64,000 bases of DNA, taken from contig JBGVBD010000099.1 of NCBI GenBank assembly GCA_045225255.1, forward strand, positions 19,697-83,696, given 5' to 3'. Numbering within the stretch: position 1 is the first letter of the stretch; each line of letters starts with the position of its first letter. Both the position numbers and the translations under genes were made by a program. The notes beneath the pieces are model-generated. The model worked only from the letters and a program-made list of their open reading frames with translations, was not told the origin of the DNA and did no database searches. Below, one piece after another: positions 19,084 through 28,207 of this stretch. Source of the DNA: Prevotella sp. (GTDB lineage: Bacteria; Bacteroidota; Bacteroidia; Bacteroidales; Bacteroidaceae).

Positions 19084-21168
19084 TTAACGTATTTTTTTAA
19101 CCAAATACTGTTTGCTGCTACCCACTCTGCGATGCTGTAGTTCGGGCATATTCCAAAGGTATCGCCCAAAGACAGAGACGCCATTCGCTTTAAGACCCGC
19201 ACCTGCCATCTGGCGAAGTTGGTCATAGATGGCAGTAGGTGAAAGCCACTTCCCGTCGGTCTCATCCATGGCCGGTTGATAATACTCATTGAAATATTGT
19301 ACAGCAGGAGGCGTCAACTGATACTGACGATTGTGGGCCATGATTTCCTTCACTTCGTCAGCACTGAACCACCAGTCCATCTCTCTGTTAATAATCATCT
19401 TATATGCCTGACCGTAGAGAGCCTCGTAATTGGGCTTATAGTCAGTATTGATAGGTGCTGTCAGGCTGATACATATAAATCGTCTGCTGCCAGAGGGATC
19501 GCTCAGTACATTGGTTTCGTTCGTCGTGGCAATGAATGAGGCATACCGTTTGAATTCCTCGACATGTTTACCATAAGGACGCTTGATTTTGACATTAGGT
19601 AACTGGATGACGTTCTTCAGGAATCCTTCTTGTAGTTTCGCACTGATAGAATTAAACTCGTCGAGATTAATGAGCAAGAAATTGTGCATTGCTTGAAGGG
19701 TAGAGCGTTTTTCACTCACATCGAGGTTTTCAAGGAATCCCCATCTCAACTGTTTGGGCAGGATCATTCGACAAAAAGTGGTTTTACCGTCACCTTGAGG
19801 AGAAATCAGCAGAGGCACTACCGAGTTGCCATATTCCTGTTGGGGCATCATCCACTGTGCCACCATATAGAGGAACCATTTTTTGAACCATGTTTCCCAT
19901 TGGGGTATTTGACAGGGCACGCACCTTGCCAACATCGCGATATGATCCGTCTTTCCATCCCACTTGTCGTAGCAGTTTGAAAGAAAGTCACTAATAGGAT
20001 TAACCTTGCGAATCATGTTAGAATGGACATAGCGTCGTACGTCCTTGTCTTTCACATCCAAATTTGCCAAACGCGCCTCGATGGTCATTCCGTTGATGAT
20101 ATTTTCATCGCAGGGTGCCCAGTCTTGCAACCAAGTGGTGTTCGGGCGATACTCCGTATAACCCATCACCTCATTGTAGCGAAACACATATCTCGTTGTC
20201 AAGAATTCAATCAATCTGCGCATCTCCACACTCACCATCTCACCCTCTTTTCTGTGCTTCGGCTTCTCTTCCGAATAGACTGCACTGACGATGGAACGGA
20301 AACGAGCATCGTTGTATATCTTCCTGTAAACGTGGTGGTTGCGAATATGCACGAAAGTTTCTTCTTCAGGGAAGTTTACGTCGCATAGTTTGTGAGCGAG
20401 CAAGGTAATATAGGCATCATATTGTTCTGATTCCTTCATATTGCACGTTTCCTCGAATGCCTCATGAGCAGCCTGTTTGTAAAGCAACTCATAATCTTCA
20501 TAAAGACGATAGTCCTTTTCACGTTGCTCGCTATCCGTTTTGTCAGACGGTTTCGTGAATGATCTATGTGTCTGTACCATCATCGGTGTCACCTGCGGAT
20601 TGTAGTACGGCTCGTCATCAAGTGTCATGCGGAAACAACATCTTGCCTTAACGGTCTGACGCTCAATGGGACTTGGTAGCACACCGCTATAGGCGCCAAA
20701 GGCTACTTCATAGGCTGATGTGCAGAATGCATCCATATCAGCTTCTGTCTGGAACTTGGCTGTTGTCTCCTTCTGAACCACAGACACCAATATCTCTACA
20801 CTTCTGCCGTCAGCGCCTGTGAAGGCAGCGAAGGTGGTAGGCAGGATTTTCGAGGCTTCTTTCACGGTATTAACCTCTTCTGGCTTCATCAGATTCCCCA
20901 CATGTAGCCATGTGAGGCTGTTGAAGGCCTTGATTTCAAGATTATCGTTTTCTGTCTTCACCATTTCTACCAATGGATAGATCATGGCGACAGGTACACT
21001 TACCTCATATAGATTTGTATCTCCGAAACGTGCAACATGCTGACGGAACTTGCCGATATCCTCTGCTTTTGTGTCAATCTTAATACGTTGCAGGAACCAC
21101 TCAATGGGTTTTATGGTCAAGTGTTTGTTACCCTTTTTGTCTTTTCTTACTATTGATATCTTCATCAT
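19084..21168 (-). CDS. BT4734/VirE-N domain plus VirE (VapE) P-loop helicase and C-terminal DUF3874-like domain
   Basis: TFAAFTGADGRSV, FRYNEV, LISPQGDGKTTF (Walker A), LINLDEF (Walker B), RYASFIATTN, DPSGSRRF. Confidence 0.88.
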   Translation of the reverse strand: MMKISIVRKDKKGNKHLTIKPIEWFLQRIKIDTKAEDIGKFRQHVARFGDTNLYEVSVPVAMIYPLVEMVKTENDNLEIKAFNSLTWLHVGNLMKPEEVNTVKEASKILPTTFAAFTGADGRSVEILVSVVQKETTAKFQTEADMDAFCTSAYEVAFGAYSGVLPSPIERQTVKARCCFRMTLDDEPYYNPQVTPMMVQTHRSFTKPSDKTDSEQREKDYRLYEDYELLYKQAAHEAFEETCNMKESEQYDAYITLLAHKLCDVNFPEEETFVHIRNHHVYRKIYNDARFRSIVSAVYSEEKPKHRKEGEMVSVEMRRLIEFLTTRYVFRYNEVMGYTEYRPNTTWLQDWAPCDENIINGMTIEARLANLDVKDKDVRRYVHSNMIRKVNPISDFLSNCYDKWDGKTDHIAMLARCVPCQIPQWETWFKKWFLYMVAQWMMPQQEYGNSVVPLLISPQGDGKTTFCRMILPKQLRWGFLENLDVSEKRSTLQAMHNFLLINLDEFNSISAKLQEGFLKNVIQLPNVKIKRPYGKHVEEFKRYASFIATTNETNVLSDPSGSRRFICISLTAPINTDYKPNYEALYGQAYKMIINREMDWWFSADEVKEIMAHNRQYQLTPPAVQYFNEYYQPAMDETDGKWLSPTAIYDQLRQMAGAGLKANGVSVFGRYLWNMPELQHRRVGSSKQYLVKKIR

Positions 21169-21187
21169 TACTACTACTTTAGTAATC

Positions 21188-21248
21188 GTCCCATGGGGTG
21201 GGACTATCTGTCCCATAGGGTGGGACACTTTGTCCCATGGGGTGGGAC
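21188..21248. repeat. Three 17-bp palindromes GTCCCA-N5-TGGGAC at 22-bp period
   Basis: Copies at 21188-21204, 21210-21226, 21232-21248; 5-nt spacers TATCT and ACTTT. Confidence 0.95.
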
Positions 21249-21269
21249 TCGTTGAATACTGCCTACAAA

Positions 21270-21713
21270 CTATCCTGCTATTGGCTTGGTAAAGTCGTAG
21301 CCCTCAAATGTTTTGTCGAAATGAACCTCTACGTCCGGTGCATATTGATGTACAATATCGATCATCTCTTGCTGCAACTGAGGGTTGATCAATCGCTCAC
21401 CATCCTTGTAACGATAGTAAGTACCTTTGCTACCAAGATGCCCTGTGAGGGCATAACGTATCTGAGAACAGGCTTCACGCGATTCCACATTCTTATAAAT
21501 ACTTTCGAATCCCTGAGCCATTGTCACTTTCTCAGCCTTCTGATAAAAACGGCAGTTGTCCTCTTCCAAAGCATTGGGAAGAACACACATCCACCGGTTA
21601 TATTTTGGAGGAGCCTGCATATATACTTGATGACGAAGACATGTCTCCGCCATCTTACATTCACGATTGGGGCACATAGCCCACCATTCTGGAATTTTAT
21701 CGTAATCAAACAT
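21270..21713 (-). CDS. DUF6078-like Cys-rich small protein
   Basis: MCPNRECKMAETCLRH...CRFY, YYRYKDGERLINPQLQ; ATG 21713 lies just downstream of a TACCTTTG promoter. Confidence 0.75.
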   Translation of the reverse strand: MFDYDKIPEWWAMCPNRECKMAETCLRHQVYMQAPPKYNRWMCVLPNALEEDNCRFYQKAEKVTMAQGFESIYKNVESREACSQIRYALTGHLGSKGTYYRYKDGERLINPQLQQEMIDIVHQYAPDVEVHFDKTFEGYDFTKPIAG

Positions 21714-21877
21714 AGTGCAAAGGTAGTGCAAACCGAACAAAATACCAAAGAAAAATACCTTTTTCTTCAATAAAATCTTGCATACACAGACTCTTTGTCT
21801 GCATACACATGATGAGGTCTTGTTTTTCAAACAATTACATCTTTGTGTATGCAGTGTATGCAAAATATGATAACCTT

Positions 21878-23050
21878 TTAGACAGATGAAATTGCCTTGA
21901 AAAAGTTCTCCGCGTAGCGTTCCTTGCTGAATAACTGAGCGTGTTTTAATGCAGCTTGACTCATAGCATTCCTTTTCTCGGGGTGTTGGTAGAGGGCGAG
22001 GATAGTAGCAACAAGATTCTCTATAATATTCTCTCTGTCTACGATGGTTGCAACTCCTTCACATATTTCAGGAATTCCTCCACTATTAGTTGTAATTAGC
22101 GGTAACCCAGCCGCCATGGCTTCAACAACTGTCAATCCAAAAGGTTCCTCCCACATGGAAGGAACGACAGCAATGTCTGCCATTTTTAGATATGATGGGA
22201 TATGTTGATAGTTGACGAATCCAGTAAAAATCACCTTCTCTTTGATTGGAGCAGCTTCTGCTTTCAATTTATCGATGAATGGATCGGTGTTCTTGTTTTT
22301 TCCATAAAAACTGGCACCAATAATCAGTAATTTGATGTGAGGTATCTCTTTGAGCCGTTTGGTCGCTTGTATTAATTGCATGATACCTTTGTCCTTTGTC
22401 AATCGTCCACTATATACAATGACGAAGTCACTATGACTAATCCCTAAACTCTCTCTGGGTATGGGAGAGGCATTATAAAAGTGTGTTGTGTCAATGCCAT
22501 TCAATACTGTCACGCATTTTGTATCATCCTTATTAATAGTTTTAACACGTTGTGTGATATAGTCAGATGTGTTAATAATCAATGATGATGCATCATAGAT
22601 TTCTTGATATTTGTAGGAAAAACGGTTGAGATAATCATTTTCTTGATGGATGACTAATTGGGCATGTGTCTTTCCTTTTAATTTCAGCACATAGCCAGGT
22701 CTGTTTTCAATGATGATGATTTGATACTCTTTTTGAATAATATCGTGCATGATGCGATGCAGAAATAACTCGTTTAAATCATCATAGTATCGTTGCTTAT
22801 TGAGAAAAGCGTATATCTTCTTCCAGATTTTGGGAAGTAAACCTGACATGTTGACATAATAAAAGTGATTGATAGTAGATTTTAGTGCATGATGGCGCAT
22901 GGTTAGTGGATGGCTCACACTATAAACAGTGATGTCGTGTAGTCTGTGCGAGTCATTATATTCCAGACAAAAGTCAATAAGGTTTTCCACGGCTCCTCCT
23001 TGTACAGCAGGAACAGGTAGTCGTCCAGATGTCAGAATCGCAATTTTCAT
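21878..23050 (-). CDS. Glycosyltransferase family 4
   Basis: PAVQGGAVE, YSGRLTKDKG, WEEPFGLTVVEAMAAGLP. Confidence 0.93.
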   Translation of the reverse strand: MKIAILTSGRLPVPAVQGGAVENLIDFCLEYNDSHRLHDITVYSVSHPLTMRHHALKSTINHFYYVNMSGLLPKIWKKIYAFLNKQRYYDDLNELFLHRIMHDIIQKEYQIIIIENRPGYVLKLKGKTHAQLVIHQENDYLNRFSYKYQEIYDASSLIINTSDYITQRVKTINKDDTKCVTVLNGIDTTHFYNASPIPRESLGISHSDFVIVYSGRLTKDKGIMQLIQATKRLKEIPHIKLLIIGASFYGKNKNTDPFIDKLKAEAAPIKEKVIFTGFVNYQHIPSYLKMADIAVVPSMWEEPFGLTVVEAMAAGLPLITTNSGGIPEICEGVATIVDRENIIENLVATILALYQHPEKRNAMSQAALKHAQLFSKERYAENFFKAISSV

Positions 23051-23095
23051 CAAACTTTTCGATTATCATTTACACCATCTAAAAAGTTTTAATTC

Positions 23096-24121
23096 TTATT
23101 TTTGTCTAGAAGATTTAGATAATACTCTTTCTACGATATAAGAGAGCAATAGTGTGATAGCTACATATATAAGGATTCCCCAATAAGGATTCATGCCATA
23201 TAGGAAACGAAACTCTCTGACAATAGGATGGATGACAAAGACATAGAGAGATATCTTGCCCACAAAGTCGAATAGATCTGCAAGGAATTTGGGGATTGCA
23301 GGTATGATGGTAATAGCCAATATCGCTACCAAAAGGGGAACCAACAGCCATGTGTAGTAGGTGAGGCTCATCAGCGCTGTTGCTAATATGGCTCCGATTG
23401 CAATGATAATAGCATGTTGGGAGAATACGTTATCATTTTTTCGTCCCATGATGATACCGAATGTAAATGGGAGCAACCAGCCTATAGCGTTGACTTTCAT
23501 CCAGATGAGTAGTAACGGGTATGGCTCCAAAAACAAAAAGATGAGCAAGGTTCCTGCTGCTACAAGAATGATCCATGTCGTTGGTCGTTTGTATACCAGT
23601 AGCAGATAGATGATGTATAGTTGCATCGTCATGCCGAAATACCAATATGGTCCTGGAAGAATCAACTTGTGAGGTTCTGGTAGCAAGTTAATGGTCATCG
23701 TCAGTTGAGCGAGGAACTGTTTGATGGGGAAAATGTCCAGAATACTATGATAGTCAGAAGGTTGCATTACATATCTGACGATATAGAAGGCGAGGAGTCC
23801 TCCTACCATAGGATAGCATAGTTTCTTATAGTGTTTCCAAAGGAATACCTTCCAGTTCATCGCTGTCGCCTTGTCGTATTTCAAGGCAAGCCCATAGCCA
23901 CTGAGCAGAACGAAGACTGGAACGCCCAGATGTCCCCAGAAGGAAAAAAACTGGATGAAGACAGTGTCCCATTGTATCGTTTTCCAGAAGAGAAGAGCAT
24001 TCTCTAAGTTGAAAGAGTACTCATTCTCAGGAACTGCAAAAGGGACCCTCTTGCAGAAATTGTGGAGGACGATACATAAGATAGCGATTCCACGCAAGAC
24101 AGAACATTCTTTCTTTGTCAT
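23096..24121 (-). CDS. Acyltransferase family 3
   Basis: LRGIAILCIVLHN, GVPVFVLLSGYGL, PYWYF, GKISLYVFVIH. Confidence 0.85.
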   Translation of the reverse strand: MTKKECSVLRGIAILCIVLHNFCKRVPFAVPENEYSFNLENALLFWKTIQWDTVFIQFFSFWGHLGVPVFVLLSGYGLALKYDKATAMNWKVFLWKHYKKLCYPMVGGLLAFYIVRYVMQPSDYHSILDIFPIKQFLAQLTMTINLLPEPHKLILPGPYWYFGMTMQLYIIYLLLVYKRPTTWIILVAAGTLLIFLFLEPYPLLLIWMKVNAIGWLLPFTFGIIMGRKNDNVFSQHAIIIAIGAILATALMSLTYYTWLLVPLLVAILAITIIPAIPKFLADLFDFVGKISLYVFVIHPIVREFRFLYGMNPYWGILIYVAITLLLSYIVERVLSKSSRQK

Positions 24122-24151
24122 AGGATAATTCCTTAGAATGATAATTTCTTG

Positions 24152-24222
24152 GCAAAGATACAAATTTTCTGTTAATTAACCAAGTATTTTTTGGAGGTAT
24201 CAATATTATAAAGTATCTTTGC
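24152..24222. promoter_or_regulatory. Divergent -7 promoter pair
   Basis: TATCTTTGC on - strand (24152-24160) and + strand (24214-24222). Confidence 0.72.
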
Positions 24223-24238
24223 ATCAAATTAAGCCTCA

Positions 24239-25135
24239 ATGGTTAAAGTCAGTGTCATATTACCTATATATAATGTGGCTCCTTACTTGGAGGAAGCATT
24301 TGAGTCCATCCTGAATCAATCGCTTAAGGAGATTGAGGTTATTGCTGTAAATGACGGCTCGACAGACAATAGTGAGGAGATTATTAAAAGGTATCAGCAA
24401 CAGGACTCACGTATTATCTCTTTCTCTCAAGAAAACCAGGGGCAGTCTGTTGCAAGAAATCTTGCTCTTCAGCATGCAACAGGACAATACATCTATATGA
24501 TGGATTCCGATGATATGTTGACAAGTCTGGATGCGTTACGGATATGTTATGAATATGCCGAGAAGAATCATGCAGATTTTGTTTTCTTTGATAGGGAATT
24601 ATTCACGGAAGACCAGGTGAATTTCCCCGTGTCGTTACATAGTACGGAATATGCTGAAGAAAACAGACAGTATGAAGGTGAGAGCCTGCTTAACATGATG
24701 CTTGATACCACTTCATATAACTCTGTGGTCTGGTTGCTCCTGATTAATCACGAGCATCTAAAACGAATTGGTCTGAAATTCTATCCAGGTATCATCCATG
24801 AGGATGAGTTGTATACGACGATACTGATGTTGAGAAGCAATTCTATCTACTGTCTGAAACAATCCTTTGTGAAACATCGCGTAAGGTCTGCATCAACAGT
24901 GGGAAAGAGATTCGCGCGCCGTAATATGGACTGCTATCTCACGGTTGCCGACGAATTGTTACGCTTCAGTAAGAAACCTATTATCCACAAATTTCTGCGC
25001 TATACGCTGAGTAAGGTGTTCTATACAGGTCACCTTATACCCTACAAGGATAAACCGGTGGTTTTCTGGCGTGCCATGAAATCTGGCTATTTGAAGTATA
25101 TAGGATTAAAGTCTTCGCTAAAGTTTTTCACTTGA
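24239..25135 (+). CDS. Glycosyltransferase family 2
   Basis: VSVILPIYNV, VNDGSTD, ARN, MDSDD, HEDE. Confidence 0.94.
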   Translation: MVKVSVILPIYNVAPYLEEAFESILNQSLKEIEVIAVNDGSTDNSEEIIKRYQQQDSRIISFSQENQGQSVARNLALQHATGQYIYMMDSDDMLTSLDALRICYEYAEKNHADFVFFDRELFTEDQVNFPVSLHSTEYAEENRQYEGESLLNMMLDTTSYNSVVWLLLINHEHLKRIGLKFYPGIIHEDELYTTILMLRSNSIYCLKQSFVKHRVRSASTVGKRFARRNMDCYLTVADELLRFSKKPIIHKFLRYTLSKVFYTGHLIPYKDKPVVFWRAMKSGYLKYIGLKSSLKFFT

Positions 25136-25154
25136 TAATAATAAATAATAACAG

Positions 25155-26147
25155 ATGAGTTTTTTTTTAAGGAAATTAAAATTACGTGCCAAGTCTTTTT
25201 TACATCCCATCAGATCTTTAAAAGCATTGTATTTCCTTCATTTTATCCAACCAACGGATAAATGGAAGAAAATTGTTGAGACCGATCGGAAGAAGGCTAT
25301 GGATATGAAGTGGAACAGGTTTTATAGAGAAAAGTTCCCATGGAAGAATCCCCGAACGCTGAATGAGAAATTGACATGGCTTGAGGCAATGACCGATACT
25401 TCGAAATGGACGGAGTATTCAGATAAATATGAAGTCCGCAAATATATTAAAAGTCTTGGACTTGAGGATATCCTGACAGAATGTTATGGTGTATGGGATC
25501 ATGCTGAGGACATTGACTTCGACAGTCTTCCTGACCAGTTTGTTGTCAAATGCACCCATGATTGTGAGAGTACTATCGTGGTACGTGACAAGAGCAAGAT
25601 GAACAAGCAGGAGGTCATCGAATTTTTAAACAAGCATTTAGCAGTACGCTATGGTTATGAATCGTGTGAACCTCATTATGTTCCTATCAAACCAAGGGTG
25701 ATGGCGGAGAGTCTGATTGAGATGGACGATACGGATGGCTTCTCGTCAGCAACACTGGTCGACCATAAGATTCGTTGTATCGATGGCAAAGCGCAATATG
25801 ATATGGTATGTTATGACAGACCCTTGGGCATGGGCAGTGGGGGGTCAGCACATACGGTCTATGACTTGTATGATATTCATACATGGGAACCTATGCGCCA
25901 ATATTTGGACTACCCGGGTACCGTCTATAAGAATGTGCCACGTCCAGAGAATCTGGAAAAGATGATAGAGATTGCAGAGAAAATCGCTCAAGGTTTTCTA
26001 CAGGTACGTGTTGACTTGTATAATGTGAAGGGGAAGATTTATTTTGGTGAGATGACATTCTTTGCCTGTTCTGGTATGTATCATTGGTTCACCCCGGATT
26101 TCCAACGCATGATAGGAGATAGAATACATATTCCAGAGGTGTTATAG
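25155..26147 (+). CDS. TupA-like ATP-grasp fold amidoligase
   Basis: NPRTLNEKL, SDKYEVR, LPDQFVVKCTH, VRVDLY, IYFGEMTF. Confidence 0.88.
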   Translation: MSFFLRKLKLRAKSFLHPIRSLKALYFLHFIQPTDKWKKIVETDRKKAMDMKWNRFYREKFPWKNPRTLNEKLTWLEAMTDTSKWTEYSDKYEVRKYIKSLGLEDILTECYGVWDHAEDIDFDSLPDQFVVKCTHDCESTIVVRDKSKMNKQEVIEFLNKHLAVRYGYESCEPHYVPIKPRVMAESLIEMDDTDGFSSATLVDHKIRCIDGKAQYDMVCYDRPLGMGSGGSAHTVYDLYDIHTWEPMRQYLDYPGTVYKNVPRPENLEKMIEIAEKIAQGFLQVRVDLYNVKGKIYFGEMTFFACSGMYHWFTPDFQRMIGDRIHIPEVL

Positions 26148-26148
26148 T

Positions 26149-27144
26149 ATGGCAGCAGAAATATCAGTATCTGGCAGAAGACTTGAATGGATTGATTGGA
26201 TGAAGGTCTTGGGCATTTATTTGATAGTCCTTGGGCACTTCCATTCTATTGGCGAGAGATTTATATATGTATTTCATGTACCGTTATTTTTCGTGATTTC
26301 AGGTCTTTTGTGCAAGATGGAGAAAGACGGACATTTGTTTTGGAAAAAACTTTGGTATAACTTAGCAATTCCAATGCTGATAATGGCAGCATTGAATTTT
26401 ATGTTTTATTGTGTTCTAAAGTTTATATATGGAACATTTGAGCCAATTATTATTTATTGGTTTATACGTAATGCAATCTTTGCTATGGTTTCAAGTTTTG
26501 ATAATCTATGGTTTGTTTATACACTGATACTACTGAAAATAATTTTCCAGTATTGTTCTTCAAGAAAGTTTTTTTATTCTCTGATAATCATTATGCTGGC
26601 AATAGCATTCCTTTATAATACTTTAGATTTTTCGGGTTTCCCATTCTTTTTGAATAATCCCAACTGTGTTATAAACGTATGTATAGCCTTCCCGTTTTTT
26701 GCTCTAGGATTATTTATAAGCGATTATAAGTACAGATTAAATGAATTGAGCCATAAAATGAAACTTGTGCTCATTTCCTTATGTGGTCTTCTTCTTGTAT
26801 CTGTTTGTTGGTTTTATAACGGTACCGTTGGGATGCATCAGTGTAACTATGGTGGAAATATGCTTTTATTTCTTCTTGGAGGAGTCTCTGGAAGTATCAT
26901 GATATTTGCCGTTTCCAAGTTACTTGGACACACCTCAAAGATGGTTGCCATTATTTCAAGAGGTACGATTATCATTCTTGGCTTTCATAAACTTTTTATA
27001 GGTTTGATTGGGGCTTTCTTTCCTTTATCATATCTTGATATCATTTTCGCCGCGCTGATAGTAGTGTTATTCGTCCCTCTGATAATAATAATAGAAAAAC
27101 ATTTTCCTTTGATGGCAGGTAAATACCGAATAAATAAGAATTAA
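26149..27144 (+). CDS. Acyltransferase family 3
   Basis: RLEWIDWMKVLGIYLIVLGH, FHVPLFFVISG, LWF. Confidence 0.9.
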   Translation: MAAEISVSGRRLEWIDWMKVLGIYLIVLGHFHSIGERFIYVFHVPLFFVISGLLCKMEKDGHLFWKKLWYNLAIPMLIMAALNFMFYCVLKFIYGTFEPIIIYWFIRNAIFAMVSSFDNLWFVYTLILLKIIFQYCSSRKFFYSLIIIMLAIAFLYNTLDFSGFPFFLNNPNCVINVCIAFPFFALGLFISDYKYRLNELSHKMKLVLISLCGLLLVSVCWFYNGTVGMHQCNYGGNMLLFLLGGVSGSIMIFAVSKLLGHTSKMVAIISRGTIIILGFHKLFIGLIGAFFPLSYLDIIFAALIVVLFVPLIIIIEKHFPLMAGKYRINKN

Positions 27145-27158
27145 TTATATTTTGCAAT

Positions 27159-28205
27159 ATGAATGAAAAGAAAAGAATAGAGTACATTGATTGTATGCGT
27201 GGCTTTACTATGATTTTAGTTGTAGCCTGTCATGTCGCATTCTCTTGTTTGGGAATCAGCGAATCAACCCCTTCGGTTCATCGGATACTCTATGAATTCC
27301 GAATGCCTTTATTTTTCTTTATCAGTGGTTTTGTTCTGTACAAGGATGAGACGAGGTGGACGGCTGGTTATATTGCAAGATTCCTTATTATTAAGAAGTT
27401 TCCCGTACAGATAGTGACAATGCTTATTTTCCTCCTCATATACTTGAAACTTAACCAGATTGGTGTGATGGAGGGTATATACAGCGATTCTAAATTAGGG
27501 TATTGGTTTACGTTTGTCTTGTTTATCTATTTCTGCATTTACTCCGTTTGCAGATACTTCCTCGATTTGTTTGGTTGCAAGGGAATCTTGGCTGATGTCT
27601 GTCTATTGTCAATAGGATTCCTGGTTTATGTTTTGTTCTTCGTCAAATCCGTATTTGCCAGTTTGCCAATTGATAGAGATGTCAAAGATTTATTGTCGAT
27701 GTGTCACTGGGGCTATTACTTTTATTTCGTGATAGGAACCTTGTTCAAGAAGTATTATGCAAAAATACAGGAAATCCTGGACAACAAACCCGTATTGACT
27801 ATCTGTCTGGTCATCTTTTTCGGCTTTAATCTGTTTTATGACGAGATGATTTCGACACATTCCAACATCCTGTTACTTCTGACAGCAATAACGGGCATAG
27901 TGATTGTATTCTCTTTTTTCCGGCTCCACCAAGCATCATTGACGAAAGAAACAGTCATAGGAAGAAGTCTACAGTATATTGGCAGGAGAACATTAGACAT
28001 CTACTTGTTGCATTATTTATTGTTACCATTGAACTTGAAAGTATATACTACCTTTTTGACGGAGCATCCTATGCCCCTTCTTGAGATATCCCTGACAATC
28101 ATCATCTCGCTTATTGTGGTGGCAGGCTGTCTACTCATCAGTAGAATACTATGTATGAGTCATACCTTGTCCTATCTATTGTTTGGAGTGAAAGACAGGA
28201 AGTAA
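27159..28205 (+). CDS. Acyltransferase family 3
   Basis: RIEYIDCMRGFTMILVVACH, FRMPLFFFISG, GRRTLDIYLLH. Confidence 0.9.
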   Translation: MNEKKRIEYIDCMRGFTMILVVACHVAFSCLGISESTPSVHRILYEFRMPLFFFISGFVLYKDETRWTAGYIARFLIIKKFPVQIVTMLIFLLIYLKLNQIGVMEGIYSDSKLGYWFTFVLFIYFCIYSVCRYFLDLFGCKGILADVCLLSIGFLVYVLFFVKSVFASLPIDRDVKDLLSMCHWGYYFYFVIGTLFKKYYAKIQEILDNKPVLTICLVIFFGFNLFYDEMISTHSNILLLLTAITGIVIVFSFFRLHQASLTKETVIGRSLQYIGRRTLDIYLLHYLLLPLNLKVYTTFLTEHPMPLLEISLTIIISLIVVAGCLLISRILCMSHTLSYLLFGVKDRK

Positions 28206-28207
28206 AG

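Larger units (their letters stand above)
19001..21862. mobile_element. Putative primase-helicase cassette bounded by degenerate terminal inverted repeats; no integrase encoded
   Basis: Left end 19001-19069 aligns with the reverse complement of right end 21797-21862; both enclosed genes are unrelated to the surrounding polysaccharide genes. Confidence 0.6.

Noticed and set aside
21169-21228. N-terminal extension of the virE-like ORF (MSHPMGQ...)
   Set aside because: It is a translation of the palindrome array from a GTG start; ATG 21168 or 21165 is more plausible.
21188-21248. CRISPR array
   Set aside because: Repeats are 17 bp with 5-nt spacers, there are only three units, and no cas genes are in the window.
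21714-21863. N-terminal extension of the DUF6078-like ORF (MHTLHTQ...)
   Set aside because: It is a translation of the terminal repeat and promoter region; a -7 element sits just upstream of ATG 21713.
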